From the human T2T-CHM13v2.0 reference genome, Homo sapiens: a stretch of DNA of 64,000 bases. The position numbers and the translations under genes are program-made. Shown here piece after piece: positions 15,772 through 33,558 of the stretch (position 1 is the stretch's first letter; each line of letters begins with the position of its first letter). Below the pieces are notes generated by a model that saw only the letters and a program-made list of their open reading frames with translations, did not search any database and had not been told where the DNA came from. Location of the stretch: the NCBI RefSeq assembly GCF_009914755.1, contig NC_060942.1; one strand, given 5' to 3'.

Positions 15772-16503
15772 CTGGAAGGTACAAGTGAAGCAGGACAACT
15801 GTTTCTGAAGCTCTTTACACAGTGGATGACAGACTAACAAGGAGGTGTCAGGTAGGGTCCCTCATCCTCATTCTCCTCCCTAAGAGCTGCCCAGGGGACC
15901 ACAGCAGCCCCAGGTCCACTGCCAGATGCTTGGCTGCCACCCCGTGGATGTGTTAGCCACATAGAAGAAAGAGCTCCCAAGGACCTTTCCAGGGGCTCCC
16001 CATCGGGGTCCCACTTTAACTGCTGACGTCTCAGGTTGACTGGTTAGTCACCATGTCTCTGTCTTTCCTCTTGGACCTTGGCTCCCCCAGCACTGTCCAT
16101 AATTATACACAGCCTAATTCCTGAGATAAATTCTTTATCCCATAACAGAGCAAATCTGCTCCCCCATCAAACTCCAACTGACCAGCTCCTACTGTGATGC
16201 TTTAATTGGCTAGCAAAGCTCTTGTGAAGTACTGCAAAATGGAAAGCCAGTAAAATCTTGTGTGTTTAAACTACAGCCCATACAGGGGAAGCCAGTGATT
16301 TACTCCTATTTAGTGAGGACACAGTCTCAGGGTCTCCATTTGCTTGAACTAAAGTGTGAGGATTATGAATGTAATCCACAGTACACATTTCTAAGGCAGA
16401 GCAGGCCTCATTTGTCAATGTGGCTGAGTCTGCAAGTGCCATGAAATATAGCATTTGCCATTTTTTTCAGGGAACAGCTTAGAGTAAGCAGCTATAACAA
16501 GAA

Positions 16504-16876
16504 TGTATTAGTCTGTTCTCACGCTGCTAATAAAGACATACCCAATACTGGGTTTATAAAGGAAAGAGGTTTAATTTACTTACAGTTCAGCATGGCTGGG
16601 GAGGCCTCAGGAAACTTAAAATCATGGCAGAAGAAGAAGCAAACACATCCTTCTTCACATGGAGGCAGCAAGAGACGTGCAGTGTGAAGTGGGGGAAAAT
16701 CCCCTTAGAAAACCATCAGATCTCATGAGAACTCACTCGTTATCACGAGAACAGCATGGAGGTAACTGCCCCAATGATTCAATTACCTCCCACCAGGTTC
16801 TTCCCATGACACATGGGGATTATGGGAACTACGGCTCAAGATGAGATCTGGGTGGTGACACAGCCAAATCATATCA
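16504..16876 (-). mobile_element. THE1C-type MaLR solo LTR
   Basis: TGTATTAGTCTGTTCTCACGCTGCTAATAAAGACATACCC...CAGCCAAATCATATCA; degenerate TSD AAGAA/AGGAA. Confidence 0.92.
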
Positions 16877-17135
16877 AGGAATAAACTTCTAATTCGCTTC
16901 TGAGCTTACCATCCCTCCTGCTGAGCACTGGTGTTTAGCCTGGTGTTTTTCCAAATGCAGGTCATGAATAATTAGCATATTATAAAATAAACTTAGTGGG
17001 AATCAACCAGTACTTTATTTTTTCTGTAATATAATAGAACAAAGGAAATAAAAAATATATCGAATCTCCTTGCAAGTGGTAAGAGTAACTTTTTTTTTCC
17101 TTTGAAAGTTTGAAATCACGTGTTGTACCAGATCA

Positions 17136-17438
<303 letters not shown>

Positions 17439-17526
17439 GAAAGTGCATTGCTTCCTGCGGTCACAGTAAAAAGTTTGACTACCATCATCAAACAAGTAAG
17501 GCAGTTGTGTAGGGAACAGATGAAGA

Positions 17527-17815
17527 CAGTACAAATCCTCTTTCCAAATCTCTTGGAGCCAAATGTACTTCAAAATTCATCCTTTTCCAGAATGCAGAAA
17601 GACACATGTTACATACATGATGTACCGCTTGATGCAGACACTAGGCATTGGCCCTGTTCAAACACACACATGAGGACAATTCGCACTCACAGGAATGGTC
17701 TCCCTTCAGCTACCAGGTGACTTCAGGTCAGGTTTTGCCATCACAAAACTAGGCTAAAATGTTTTCAGAGCATTGCAATTTTGAGACTGCAGGTGAGGGA
17801 TCTCAAAGGCTGTAC
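17527..17815 (-). mobile_element. MER46C-like Tigger MITE
   Basis: TTCAGGTCAGGTTTTGCCA...TTTTCAGAGC resembles the recalled MER46C consensus. Confidence 0.6.
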
Positions 17816-18164
17816 TCAAATCTATTATAACAAGCTAAAAGTAATTAGCTATAAAAAATTCCAAATTTTTCAGAAATAAAATAGTAATCAAATGAGTGAT
17901 AAATAGCTCTGAGTTTTTAACTGTCAAAAGGTAAAGCTTCTGTTAAGCAAATAAAATAAATGAAAATATAAATTTGTAAAGCACATAAAATAGAGTGGTA
18001 GACATACTACAAATAGAATCACCCAAGAATATCTTTAAATATGTTTCTTCATGCAGTTCAAGTGTGCTTTAATTTTCAGAAATGGGTCCGGTAAACATTT
18101 AGGGTAATGCAGGATTGATAGGCAGTCAGACTGAAGATAGAACAGCCAATTAAGAGACTCCTAG

Positions 18165-18750
18165 AGTGAAAGAAAAATATGATGTCCACACAACCACCTG
18201 CCTGCAAACATTCATAGCAGCTCTACTCATAATTGCCCAAAACTGAAAACAACCCAATTATCGACCAACCAATCAGCAGATAACTGATTATATAATGTCT
18301 ATATAATGGAATACCATTAGCAATAAAAGGGAATTATCACAATGTACCCCATAAATATGTACAATTATTATGTATTATTTATAAATAAAAATTAATTAAT
18401 TAAACAGGAATCAAGTATGGATACTTGTGACTCTATGGATAAATCTAAAAGGTTTATTCCATGTGAAAAAAGCCAGACACAAAAGGCCATAGACTCCATG
18501 ATTCCATTCACATGACAATCCAGAAAAGGTAAAGCCAGAGAAAGAAAAATCAGATCAGTGGTTGCCACGGGCTGGGGGAAGAGGTGGGAGGTTGACTGCC
18601 GAGGGCAGGAGACTCTTTTTGGGGATAATGAAGATAACACACATCCTGACTATGGTGGTGGTTAAATGATTGTGTATATTTTCAAATTCATAGAACTACT
18701 CACCTAAAATGGGTAGAATTTTAGGAATGTAAATTGCACCTCAATGAACC
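18165..18750 (+). mobile_element. L1MB/MC/MD 3' end with a nested ~65-bp L1MA tail (18335-18400)
   Basis: CATTCATAGCAGC...AACAACCCAA and CAGATCAGTGGTTGCC; nested ATGTACCCCATAAATATGTACAATTATT with TSD approximately AAA..GGAAT. Confidence 0.75.
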
Positions 18751-20010
18751 AGAGAGAGGGAGAGAGAAAGATGGGGAGAGGGGCGGGGGTGAGGGAAGCA
18801 CAGAAGCAATTTAGCATGAAACAATAAAGACCGCAAGTGTGGTGAGTAGGAATAGAGAGGAAAAGCAAAATCTGAGAAAACATAAAAATGTAAATGAAGA
18901 AATCACCACCAAAATCTAACAAGTACTTCATACAAATGAAATATTTTAAACAAGCTACATCTGTAAATATGTAGCTGTTGAAAATAACAGAAATTGTACT
19001 AAATGGTAGGCATTGTTTTCTGACATCTCAACATTCAGAAAGAAATATGGTCAGTAAAGGTCCTTGAGCCCTTTTCTGCAGTATTTCAACAGAGCTGCTT
19101 CAGTGGTTTCTCCCTGGGGATTTCCCTAATAGAAAATTTATGGCCAGGATAAAATTAACAATGCTGGATTCAGAGGAAACTGTTTCTACTGCGAATCCCT
19201 TTGCTTAAAATTCTGGGAAATTATGTTTTAGTAGTTCAAGACCTATTACAAAATCACTGATTTATTGAATTATGGCTAGGTTAATGAGATATTCTCCTAA
19301 ACAAAGATTTGTTATTTTTATAAATTAAAAAAATAATAAAATAAACAGTCCCAGAGTGAGCTGTGGCCACTGAGATTTGTATGCCTACACATTTGAACAG
19401 TGTGCATTTCTATCTTATTTGCAAGATGCCAGCCTTCTGCTCCAGCCAGGTCAGATTCCTCAGCGATGTGCAGGCAGGTCACACCCACCTCAACCTCACT
19501 GCTGTCCCTGTCCTTTGTAGACTCTTCCCTTCCCTGTGCAAATATTGACCCCTCTTTAATTCATCAAGATGAATCCAGCTTCCCGCAGTAATTATCTCCC
19601 TTCCAGTCCAGATGCAAGGGTCTCTCTGCATGGGTTCCTTGGTAATTCAAGTAAATGCTGTCCATATGAACAGTGAGCTTTGGGGCATCTATTTCAGATG
19701 GGTGAGCAGTTCAGGATGAGACCATTTCTTCTTCTTACCTACTTCATCATTCATGCTCATCTCAATGTTGGCTATAAGGTACGTTTTTAACAAACATTTT
19801 TAATTGAATGGTATAAGAAATCATCATTTATTATAGTTGTTAAATTTGGTGGGACCGAATGTTCAGTAACAGCTAACTGTTTATACTGTAATGAATTTCT
19901 GCTTTTAGCATTCAATTTCACAAACACATCTGTTAAATATTCTTTGGGCATCTACTAAATGCTAGGCACTGTGATGACCTTGCAGCTTCCTCCTGATACC
20001 CAGGTGCTTT

Positions 20011-21046
<1,036 letters not shown>

Positions 21047-21266
21047 TTTTGATGTTAGATGTCTGCAGATCCCACAATCCCTCCCTCTCTTTCCTGAGAT
21101 GAGAGTCTGTAATGAAGAATTTGCCCGTGCTCTTGCATGGTCATTCCTCCCCCTGAAGCCTCAGTGGGCTGTCATTTGCCCAGAGGCAACATGTGTCCTC
21201 CAGGCACTTAGATGCCACTGGCTTCTAGCTCCCACCAGGTTATTTGGTAGAAAGTCAACAGCCTCA

Positions 21267-21728
<462 letters not shown>

Positions 21729-21879
21729 TCAGGATTTGCATTGGAGTGATCCTCAGTTTAACACCTGGGAAATGGGGCGCTCCCTCTGACCTGCACATTT
21801 CATCTCTACCCAATGGACTACCAGCAACAGGTGTAATGGGTGCTGATGATGTTGTTTCTGTCTGTCTCTAAAACTCAGA

Positions 21880-22213
<334 letters not shown>

Positions 22214-23197
22214 GTAACTTAGGCCAATGTGCAGATGACTCAGAACACACACTAGTATTCCTGGGGACTGGGAGCAAACACTAACCCTTCAGACCATGGG
22301 TCCTAGTAATAGTGAATGAGTCAAACAGAGCAGCCTTCATATTACCTACCACTATTTTCCTTCAAAAAATTAAACTCCTGTTTTCTGGAAGGTGCTGGTG
22401 ACCATCTGACAATGTGGGGCGAGGCCTGACCATTGGGTTTCAGATTTCTAAGGACAGGTGTCTTCTTATCCTCCCTGCACTGCAGTCTCCATCCATTAGT
22501 GTTCTAATACAAAAACACCAGCAAATCCACTGAAATTACACTCAGTCCAATATGGAATTCGATTATCTGTGTGGATTTCTAAATAAATATATTTAACTGG
22601 TCAGAGTAGAGTGCAGAGAAGTTTTCAAACCCAAACATTTCTCATGATGGCCGAGTGAAAACAATTTTCTCTCTGTTTATGGCAAGCAGGTCAATAAACA
22701 GCATCTGGGAGAAGCCACTGGAAGCCGTATGTGAGGCCTCCCTGACTTCCTAATTTAATGTTGCTGCCTCCCTGTGCTACTGAGTAGACAACTGACCAGG
22801 GTTTGCCATTTGCCCTCTGAGTGACACCCTCTCAGGTCTCATGGCTCACAAATTCAGGATGTTAGTTCACTGATCCTTGCTGTGTGAGGTCCGGCATCAC
22901 CGGCCTCCACCTCATGTCTGAGAAGAAGGTTCCTGTTGGTTCAGTTCTGCTCACCACCTACTGCCAAAAAGAGTTGGGGGTGAGGTGTGGTATGCAGGAT
23001 TGTTTACTTCTCTGCCATGGCCTTCCACATAATCTCTGCTGAAAAAAAGTCTCTCAACCACCCCACATAAGGTGAGTCACTCCTAATTCACTACAGCAAT
23101 AGAACGATGCAATGTCTATCCTCAAATCCTAAGACCCCTGAATGAAAAAGTAAAAATGCTAAACATCACTGCCTACTCTGATAACCACACTGCTAAT

Positions 23198-23805
<608 letters not shown>

Positions 23806-24317
23806 TTTAAACACTTTTAAATGCACATGTAACTTCTAAAAGTGTACACTCAAGGTGAAAGGAAAATCCAATCTGTAACCAACAAACTGTAACTATTTAA
23901 TATATCCCTTCTGAATTAAGGGCAATAAGTCTTTTATGTAATACAATAATTTACATATTTCTAAAGTACGCTTCCTTTTATACAGGAAATGATTGCTCCA
24001 TGTTAATAAAATACACGGTCTTCAAAGACTTTCTCTGCTATCGAATGATATTGAGGTAGGCTGGTGCAAGCTCCTCAAGTCCTTCTTGGTTATGCAGACA
24101 AAAAAATTTGACATAAAATCCTGGCTTACAAACTGTCTATTAAATTAAGTGCAACAAATGTTTATTTTATATCTTCTTTGCATTAGGGCATTGTGCTAAG
24201 CACACGCTCATGAATACAGCATTCCACCCTTGCATGGATGTGATCTAAGAGGTAAAAGTTTTACCTAAGAGAGACTCTGTATATATTTAGACAGAGTTTT
24301 AGTAAAATATTGTATAT

Positions 24318-24591
<274 letters not shown>

Positions 24592-26282
24592 TTAAAATGT
24601 GTGCAGAACGAAGTAGTGAGAGATAATTTGACTGCAAATGTGGGTGGGGGACGTCCTGAATATTAGGTTGGGGAGTTAAAAATTAATTCAGTAGATAGGT
24701 GAAAAATTGGATTATAGCTGTGTTTTAGTAAAAATAATTTTGTTTTCTTGTCTAGGAAGAATGAGGTAAGGAAATATTGGAATGAGGCTTAAGATCAGGG
24801 GAAGGGCCATTACCTTCCCAGGGAAGGGAGGGTGAGCCTATGCCTGAGTAAGTATAGCAGGAAGTCTGTAGAAAGGAGAAGTGAACATCAATCTTTCAGC
24901 CACAGGAAGGTGTTTCTATCAGAGATGCAAATCAGCGTGGTATAGGAGCAATGTCAAGGAGTGGGGTGGGGGCTCAGCAATGCCAAGATGGGGTTGAAAG
25001 AAAAGGATTAAGCAAACATACGAAGCCTGGGAGTCCTGCCTGACCAAAGCTTCCCTGGGTCCCTAAGCAATGAAGGATGCAATCAACTGACGCCAAGAAA
25101 GGCAGGGAGGCAGAGAATACAACATGTATTTAGGCGGCTTCACATCCAGGCAACGGGATTGCACTGGACACATAAGAAGACCCCAGTGGGGCCTGCAGAG
25201 ACTAGCAAAGGGAAGCATGGGCTCTATAGTTAAAAAGACCTAACTGCCTTCGTTCAGCTGTCAAGAAGTTACTCAACCTCTTGGAATCTCCACTGACCTG
25301 GGAATGAAACAACCAAGCTATGGAAGTCATACAATACTGGGACAATCCTGTAGTTGTTCGCTACTTCAAATATTCTGTGTAAACTTAGGAAGGTGTGTTT
25401 GTGTGTGTGTGTGTAGAGGTATATCAGGAAAATGAAGAATCAGGAAGAAACTGTTTTCACTTTATCTAGGATAATGTATTTCCAAAGATTTGGTTGGAAA
25501 ACTCAAACACTTCCTATGAAATCCACCTAATAAAAGCTGTCATTTTAATTGAGCAGTAATGTCTTTGTCTCCAGTAAGGTGCTTCACTGGCTGAGCTTCC
25601 TCAGCATAAAATGCCTATGGAAAAGGCATTTTATGGTGGTTAGAGATATCAGAGAGCTAATTTCAGACTTGCACGTAGGATGCAGAACAAATAAGAAATA
25701 TGAAGCCTTCTCTTGTAGCTGCCTATTAGCACAATTCCCCTAAACATTCCATTTTATACACTCAACACCCAACTGTTACCTCCATATCAAACAGCATGAA
25801 TTTCCTGTCTACTGTTCATCATGCTGTCTACACCAAGACTTGAAATGTTTCAGTGACATATAGTTCATCTCTTCATGCCCCTCATGAAACCTACAATGTT
25901 CATGCTAACACCTCTGACTTTCCTAGAACAGTCAAGGTAATGACCTGGGAATTCAGTTTTTTAGTTCAAGAATGCACTGTTTTCTGTAGGATCTCATTGT
26001 CATTCATTAACTCGAAGACTGTTTATATTAGTCATAATGATCCAATTTAGGAAGATGGAGATTACAAATCAGAGAATATTTTCTTCCAGCCATGTTTTGA
26101 AAGAAAGAAGTTTTCGTGAAGGATTGCTTATTTTTGCTAGAAGAAAAATAGATATTTTCACCAAACACTTATTAAATTATGTCATTATGCTTGAATAAAG
26201 GAAGGTAAAGCTAATTAGTTTCTCTGTTGGAAGTCCTAGGTAAAGCTCTCAACAGCCTAAAAATATAAATCACTTACTTTTG

Positions 26283-26283
<1 letters not shown>

Positions 26284-26312
<29 letters not shown>
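26284..26312. repeat. (CA)n
   Basis: Direct reading. Confidence 0.95.
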
Positions 26313-26317
<5 letters not shown>

Positions 26318-27518
26318 CCTAAATCCACACATACACATGTATATATATTAATTTCTGGCTTTTAATCTGTGTTTCAAGTACACACAAGATACCTTGGCAG
26401 ATCAGGGCAAATATCGAAATTGATCAATTGCATAGGGAAAGTTTCGTTACAATGATTATATAGTATCACATACATGTAAAAGCTTCTTTCCTAAGAGCTA
26501 ACTTTTCTCGTTGTGTGGGAGTCACAGGCACTTAAGTGTTTATAGCAAGACTGGAAGAGACCTCTGCCTACTATCTTATGATGAAATGCAGATATCTCAT
26601 GACAATGGGTTTGAACAAAATCTAAGTCAGAATTCTGGTTAAGTTAGAGGTATGTTTGTCAGTCAGTACTTCACCCAGATTAAAGATTAACCATTTAGTT
26701 TGTCTTTGTCTTGGCACATCAGTTTTCCCTATCAGTGCCTAAGGTGACCATAGTGACCACTAGTCACCGTGTCCTTCCAAACCTTTCATGTTTGCATTTT
26801 GGTACCAAACATCAACCACACACACACTAGGCTGGGGATAGGAAAATCACCCTGGCAAACTCTCATCCAGAATGGAAAATAGACGTGCTCCTACTTCTGC
26901 CTCCACACATGCGCAGTATCTCTCTTACCTAACCACAACCTTCATTTTTGCCTAAAATCCTTTCAATTCAGTGCCCCAGTCAGCCACTAGCAAAGATTCA
27001 GAGTTTTCCCTGGACCCATGCTAATTATAGTATAGAAAACAACGTTAGCATTTAGTACTATGCTCAATTCTTCATGCAACAATGTTTTTCAAATGAAAGA
27101 AAAGAATAGAAAAAAGATTTATTAAAAACAAACACATTTCATTAGTGCCAGAGAATATTTTAGTATGTTCACACTAGTCTTATCTGAAAGACCTGAATTC
27201 TGTGACTTTAATAAAAGTTCAGCAAATGCCGAAGGATGGTGGTGGGCTGAGGAAGAATCCATCCCATCTGATTCTCTGGTGTTTTCCAAGTTTGCCTCAT
27301 TGTATCAAAGCAAAAGGGCTCCAGGTGTTTGCTTTATTTTGTATAAGGAATATAGGATAGAATTGCTGCAAATACTTCCACCATCAGAGACCCTCAGGGT
27401 TTTCTTTGAGCCTCAGGATTTTCTCTCTGGGCTTTCTAATGGTTGATACCAGGATTCTGGCCTGTGCATGAGCTGTAACAGGGTGTGAAGCAGGGAAGGT
27501 AAATCACCTACTTCTATT

Positions 27519-27527
27519 CACACACAC

Positions 27528-27561
<34 letters not shown>
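27519..27561. repeat. (CA)n
   Basis: Direct reading. Confidence 0.95.
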
Positions 27562-27565
<4 letters not shown>

Positions 27566-27654
27566 GGTGACACTAAGAGTAAGGGACAGTAGAGTTACTT
27601 CTGAAAACTGCCACTGTGACCTAAAGCAAGAAAGCAGGTTGGATGGTGGCGTTC

Positions 27655-27840
27655 AGAGTTCAAATCTGCTGTTTACTTCTTTGAGCTGGGTGGTCACATG
27701 GTGAAGTACTCTGAACCTTGGTTTCTATGTCCATAAACTAGTGTGGTGCCAACAGCCACTTTAGAGCATTGTGGAGTTTAATAAAACTGATGAATACATA
27801 ATATGCCCTAGGGTGCTGAGTAGAATATGATTACTATTAT
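27655..27840 (+). mobile_element. MIR
   Basis: GTTCAAATC...CTCTGAACCTTGGTTTC core. Confidence 0.6.
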
Positions 27841-28049
27841 TATTGATAACATTCTTATCAAATGGGGGCAAAATGAAATCATTAGTAATACAACTTCATC
27901 TGATTGAATCCATCAAATACAAAGTCAGATCCGGATTTTAACTCTATCTTCATAAAAATCACACTTCCACCTCTTCTGCTTAATTTCTCTGTGTCTCAGT
28001 GTCAACATATGCAAAACAAAAAAAAAAAAAGGAGAGGCTCTCTCTAGGG

Positions 28050-28374
28050 TAGGGGTCCCAACCCCTGGGCCTTGGACTGGTACTGGTCCTCGTCCATAGC
28101 CTGTTAAGAGACGGGTCACACAGCAAGAGGTGAGAGGCAGGCCAGCTCCACCTCCTGTCAGATTAGCAGCAGCATCGGTTTCTCATAGGAGCGAGAACCC
28201 TATTGTGAACTGCACATGCAAGGGATCTAGGTTGCATGCTCCTTATGAGAAGCTAATGCCTGCTGATCTGAGGTGGAACAGTTTCCTTGAAACCATCCCT
28301 ACCCCTACCCCCATCCGTGGAAAAATTGTCTTCCACAAAACCAGTCCTGGTCCCAAAAAGGTTGAGGACTGCTG
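28050..28374 (+). mobile_element. MER1B hAT-Charlie MITE
   Basis: (C)AGGGGTCCC...GGACTGCTG termini; perfect 8-bp TSD CTCTAGGG. Confidence 0.92.
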
Positions 28375-28839
28375 CTCTAGGGTATCTGGAGGTCTCAAAT
28401 TGCAGAATGCTATGACCGAAGTTTAACTCATTGCCCATCCGCTTCCAAGGAATTGACAGAGGGCATGAAGGAACATTTGTAGATTTTGTCATCTGAGAAA
28501 GAAATACACTGATATCTGCATCCAAAACCGGGCTTTTAAACTGAGATAAGCTGACAGTGTGTTTTTGAGCTTCTTTGAATTCCCTGACACTGAATGTAAA
28601 ACTTTCTGTTTATATGTCCAATGTTTACATCAGATTCTCTAGGGATCTAAGACATGACACCCCTCCTCCCAAAAACGTATGAGCCACAGACTTATAAAGG
28701 TGTATAATTGGTAATTAAAGTAATAGTATAAATAATATTAGTGTCATTTTGTACCTTAAAAGAATAAATCCAAGCCAAAGATAAAACTGGAATCCAGGTT
28801 GTTTCGTTTCATATCACTTAAGAGAGTTTACCACTGAAA

Positions 28840-29200
28840 TCATAGTTCAGGTTTTCCAAAGTGCAGACCCTGAACAGAGGGCTTGGGTGCAGGTGGTTTA
28901 TTTGGGAAGTCATCCTGGAAAATCCAAAAGGAAGGGATGGAGAAGAGATAGAAGACAAGAAAGAATGCATTGCTCGTGGGTCATGGGTATAGAAAGTTTC
29001 TAGGAAGCTTCTGCAGAACCCTATGCAATGTGCCTCGAATTGTCCAAGGAATTGAATGGGGAGCTGGTGCATTTGTACACTACTTCTGTTGCTCACTGAT
29101 GGGCAACAGGGCTTTTATCCCCAGCCTTTCCAGGCTGCCCCGGGGAGACAGCAGCTATGGGGAGGCACCAACCCATGGGCTGTACTCATTCCAGAATCCT
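28840..29200 (-). mobile_element. LTR33-like ERVL LTR fragment
   Basis: CAGACCCTGA...TTGGGTGCAGGTGGTTTATTTGGGAAG. Confidence 0.55.
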
Positions 29201-29487
29201 TCCTCCCCTACACGCTGACAGTCAATTATTCACCAAGTTGTAACTTCGAATTCTACTTACCTAAAATGCGTTTGGCATACATCTGCATGTCACACTCACA
29301 CTGTCCCTATCTTGGTCGAGACATTATAATCACTCTCCTGAACTACTGCAGCAGCTTCCTAGCTGAACTCCTGGCTCATCTGGTCTATATTGCTGCTCGA
29401 GTGACATTTCTAGAAGCACATCTAAGCTTACCTTCTCTGGGGTTTACACCCTTCAATGGCTCCCCATTACTACTGAATAAGATTCAA

Positions 29488-29807
<320 letters not shown>

Positions 29808-30519
29808 CTATAAGATACTTCCTGACATGGTTTCCACTCCATACCCAGATTTCATGTCTTATCAAGTGTGGCTTCACACTTTATCCCTAACAGTTCAGAT
29901 GGATGAATGCCAATGAAGCCATTCTTCAAAACTCTGCCCAGATGTTCCCTGAAGTTAAGCTTTCACAGACAACTCCCATCCCTGTCCCCCAACTATGCAG
30001 CCAGGCCTTGCCTCAACCTCACACATTGACCTACTCCTTCTTCCACTTCTGTAATATAGATATCATTAGAATAGCACCTGGTACACAGCAGCAGCAGCTG
30101 CTCCAAAAACATTTTCAAGTGATTGAACTAAATGGTAGCATGTAACTCATAAAAATACAAAATATAGGAGTTATGTGTAAACATAAAATATAATAGTCAG
30201 TTACATGATACCGTTTAGTTATGTACCTTATGTTTACATATAGAGGAGATATGTATAAACATAAAATATAAATGGTATCATCTCTAAGACCAAGACCTAT
30301 TCTTCCCATCATCCCTAGCACCCAGCATTGTTGTCATAATGTGTGCTCAACAAACCCTTATGGACACGTACAGCATGGTAGATTATGAATGAATAGAAGG
30401 TAGAGCCCATAAAACCGAGTTACCGCTTGCTTTTGCCTCTACTAGCTGTGCAATCTTGGGTAAAATACTTAACTTCTAAGATTTGACTTTACTCATTTGT
30501 AAGATGGAAAAGGTCTACT

Positions 30520-30945
30520 GTGTAGATTGTGTAGTACTTCCCCCCAGTCACTCTCCTTTCTTACGACGGTCTTCTATATCCCTGTGTGTGATGTGTGGCT
30601 TAGAGTGGAACCCTGTGGGAGGAGCGTGCTTCTGTGCCCACAGGCCTTGGGCTTGGCACCTGGAAGTAGGCAGAGGTGGCATACTTCACACTGAGCAAAT
30701 GCTTCAAGAGCCACTGCCTGGTATGGCCAAGGCATTTCTTCTTCAGCCACAAGAAAGCCATGTACCAAATGAGGGCTGTGTTTTAGCCTGGATCCCAGGA
30801 TGGAGCAGGCACTGGAGAAGAGCCACAGTCAATCCACAGCCTCTGCAGCTGACATTTAATACGAGCAAGAAATCACCCTCTGGTCTTTTAAGTCACTGAG
30901 ATATGGGGTTGTTCGCCCAGCATAACTCAGTAGAATCTGACTCTG
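30520..30945 (+). mobile_element. MLT1-type MaLR LTR (old)
   Basis: GAGCAAGAAATCACCCT...TAAGTCACTGAGATATGGGGTTGTT 3' end. Confidence 0.6.
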
Positions 30946-31402
30946 GAAGTTGTGGGAATTCAATAAATCCTAAAGCAAAGTGTGAACACAGAAGCCAGCA
31001 TAGTGTAAGTATTTGATAAATCACACTTCCATTCCTGTGATGTTTATCTGAAAACTCCAAATATAGCCCAGGGGTGGGCAGGAAGCACAGGCTTAAAAAT
31101 GTTCAAAGAAGAGAATAAATTAATATTTTGGTCTTAATCTTAAATAACAACTTAAAAAAATCATTTTTCCCAGTCATTTCCCCGATTATAAACTACTTTG
31201 ACAAAATTTTACATTATAATTTCAAAATAGGTTGCTAAACTTTTCAGGAATATTTATGCACATACAGTCTGAAAGAATTAAAGAATTTAGAAGCCCATCT
31301 TTCACAAATCTAACATAAGAACAGGGTTAATCATTGAATTAAGACAGAGGTACTGTGTATCTCTCCATGCCATGTACTGCGGGCTTATAAACTTACAAGG
31401 TT

Positions 31403-31887
<485 letters not shown>

Positions 31888-32637
31888 TTATAAGCACTCT
31901 CCAATTTCCCTATTAAGAAGTCATTAATCTATCCCACAAACATCAGATTAGCTAGTATATATCAGGCATTGCCCACGGCACCAGGGTATTAAGAGAGTCT
32001 CCTCCTTACATGTTCAAGAATGTGAAAAGAATTATGAGAAGAGGTCATGCTCCTGGGAGTGGGCCATCAGGACAGGTTTTACTGAGCAATAATATCTAAA
32101 ACTTGGGAGGTGGTTGGAAATTTCTTTATGACATAGATGCTGGGGAAGAGGCTTGCTGACAGACAGAGCTATGGAAGGCTGCGGTCACCCCAAAAGACAG
32201 AGCTAGGCCTTTTGAATTATGTCTACACTGAAGGAAAAAAAACTAGGGATATTTGTTATCTCATTGCAGAAGGCTATTTTCAGGGTGATTTCTATTTTAA
32301 AATGTTCTTTGAAGGAGCAAGATATTTTGTTCCACTATCCAAGTGGAGCATCAAATAAAATCACATACAATAATGTTAATCATAAGGTAATCTGAAGTAA
32401 TGTTCTGATTACACAGAATGACTGAGAATATCGTCTTTGCTTTTTAATTAAAAACGGGCAAGAGATCAGTAAAATATTGTTATTTTTAAATAGACAGCAA
32501 TATGATCTCCCAGTAAGCAAAAACTTTGATTTCTGCTGGCAAATTAATATACTCAAGCCTATTTACTTGGTGATATATTTTTCCCAGACAAAAAAACGCA
32601 GCCTTAGATAGAGAAAATTGTGTTCAGAACTCACTGA

Positions 32638-32961
<324 letters not shown>

Positions 32962-33215
32962 CAAGAACTTTCTTATATCCTGTCTTTTGTCGCCTTCCTG
33001 AGCCCATGGCCGTGTGGTGCCTGAGTACTGTGAGATGTAGTGACAAACGGCACTCCCAGAGGGAACATTTAAAATCCAGTCTGAAATTGTCCAAGTCCTC
33101 TTTCAATGCCTAAGTGAACTTTGAAATTTTATAATTTCAGAACAGGTTGCTACACTTCCCAGAAATATTTGTGTATTATCTGAAAGAACTGAAGAATTTA
33201 GAAGCCCATATTTCA

Positions 33216-33558
<343 letters not shown>

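Noticed and set aside
29255-29270. Strong minus-strand donor TAG|GTAAGT (similar isolated donors at ~5880 and ~51247)
   Set aside because: No convincing upstream acceptor; isolated donors are expected by chance
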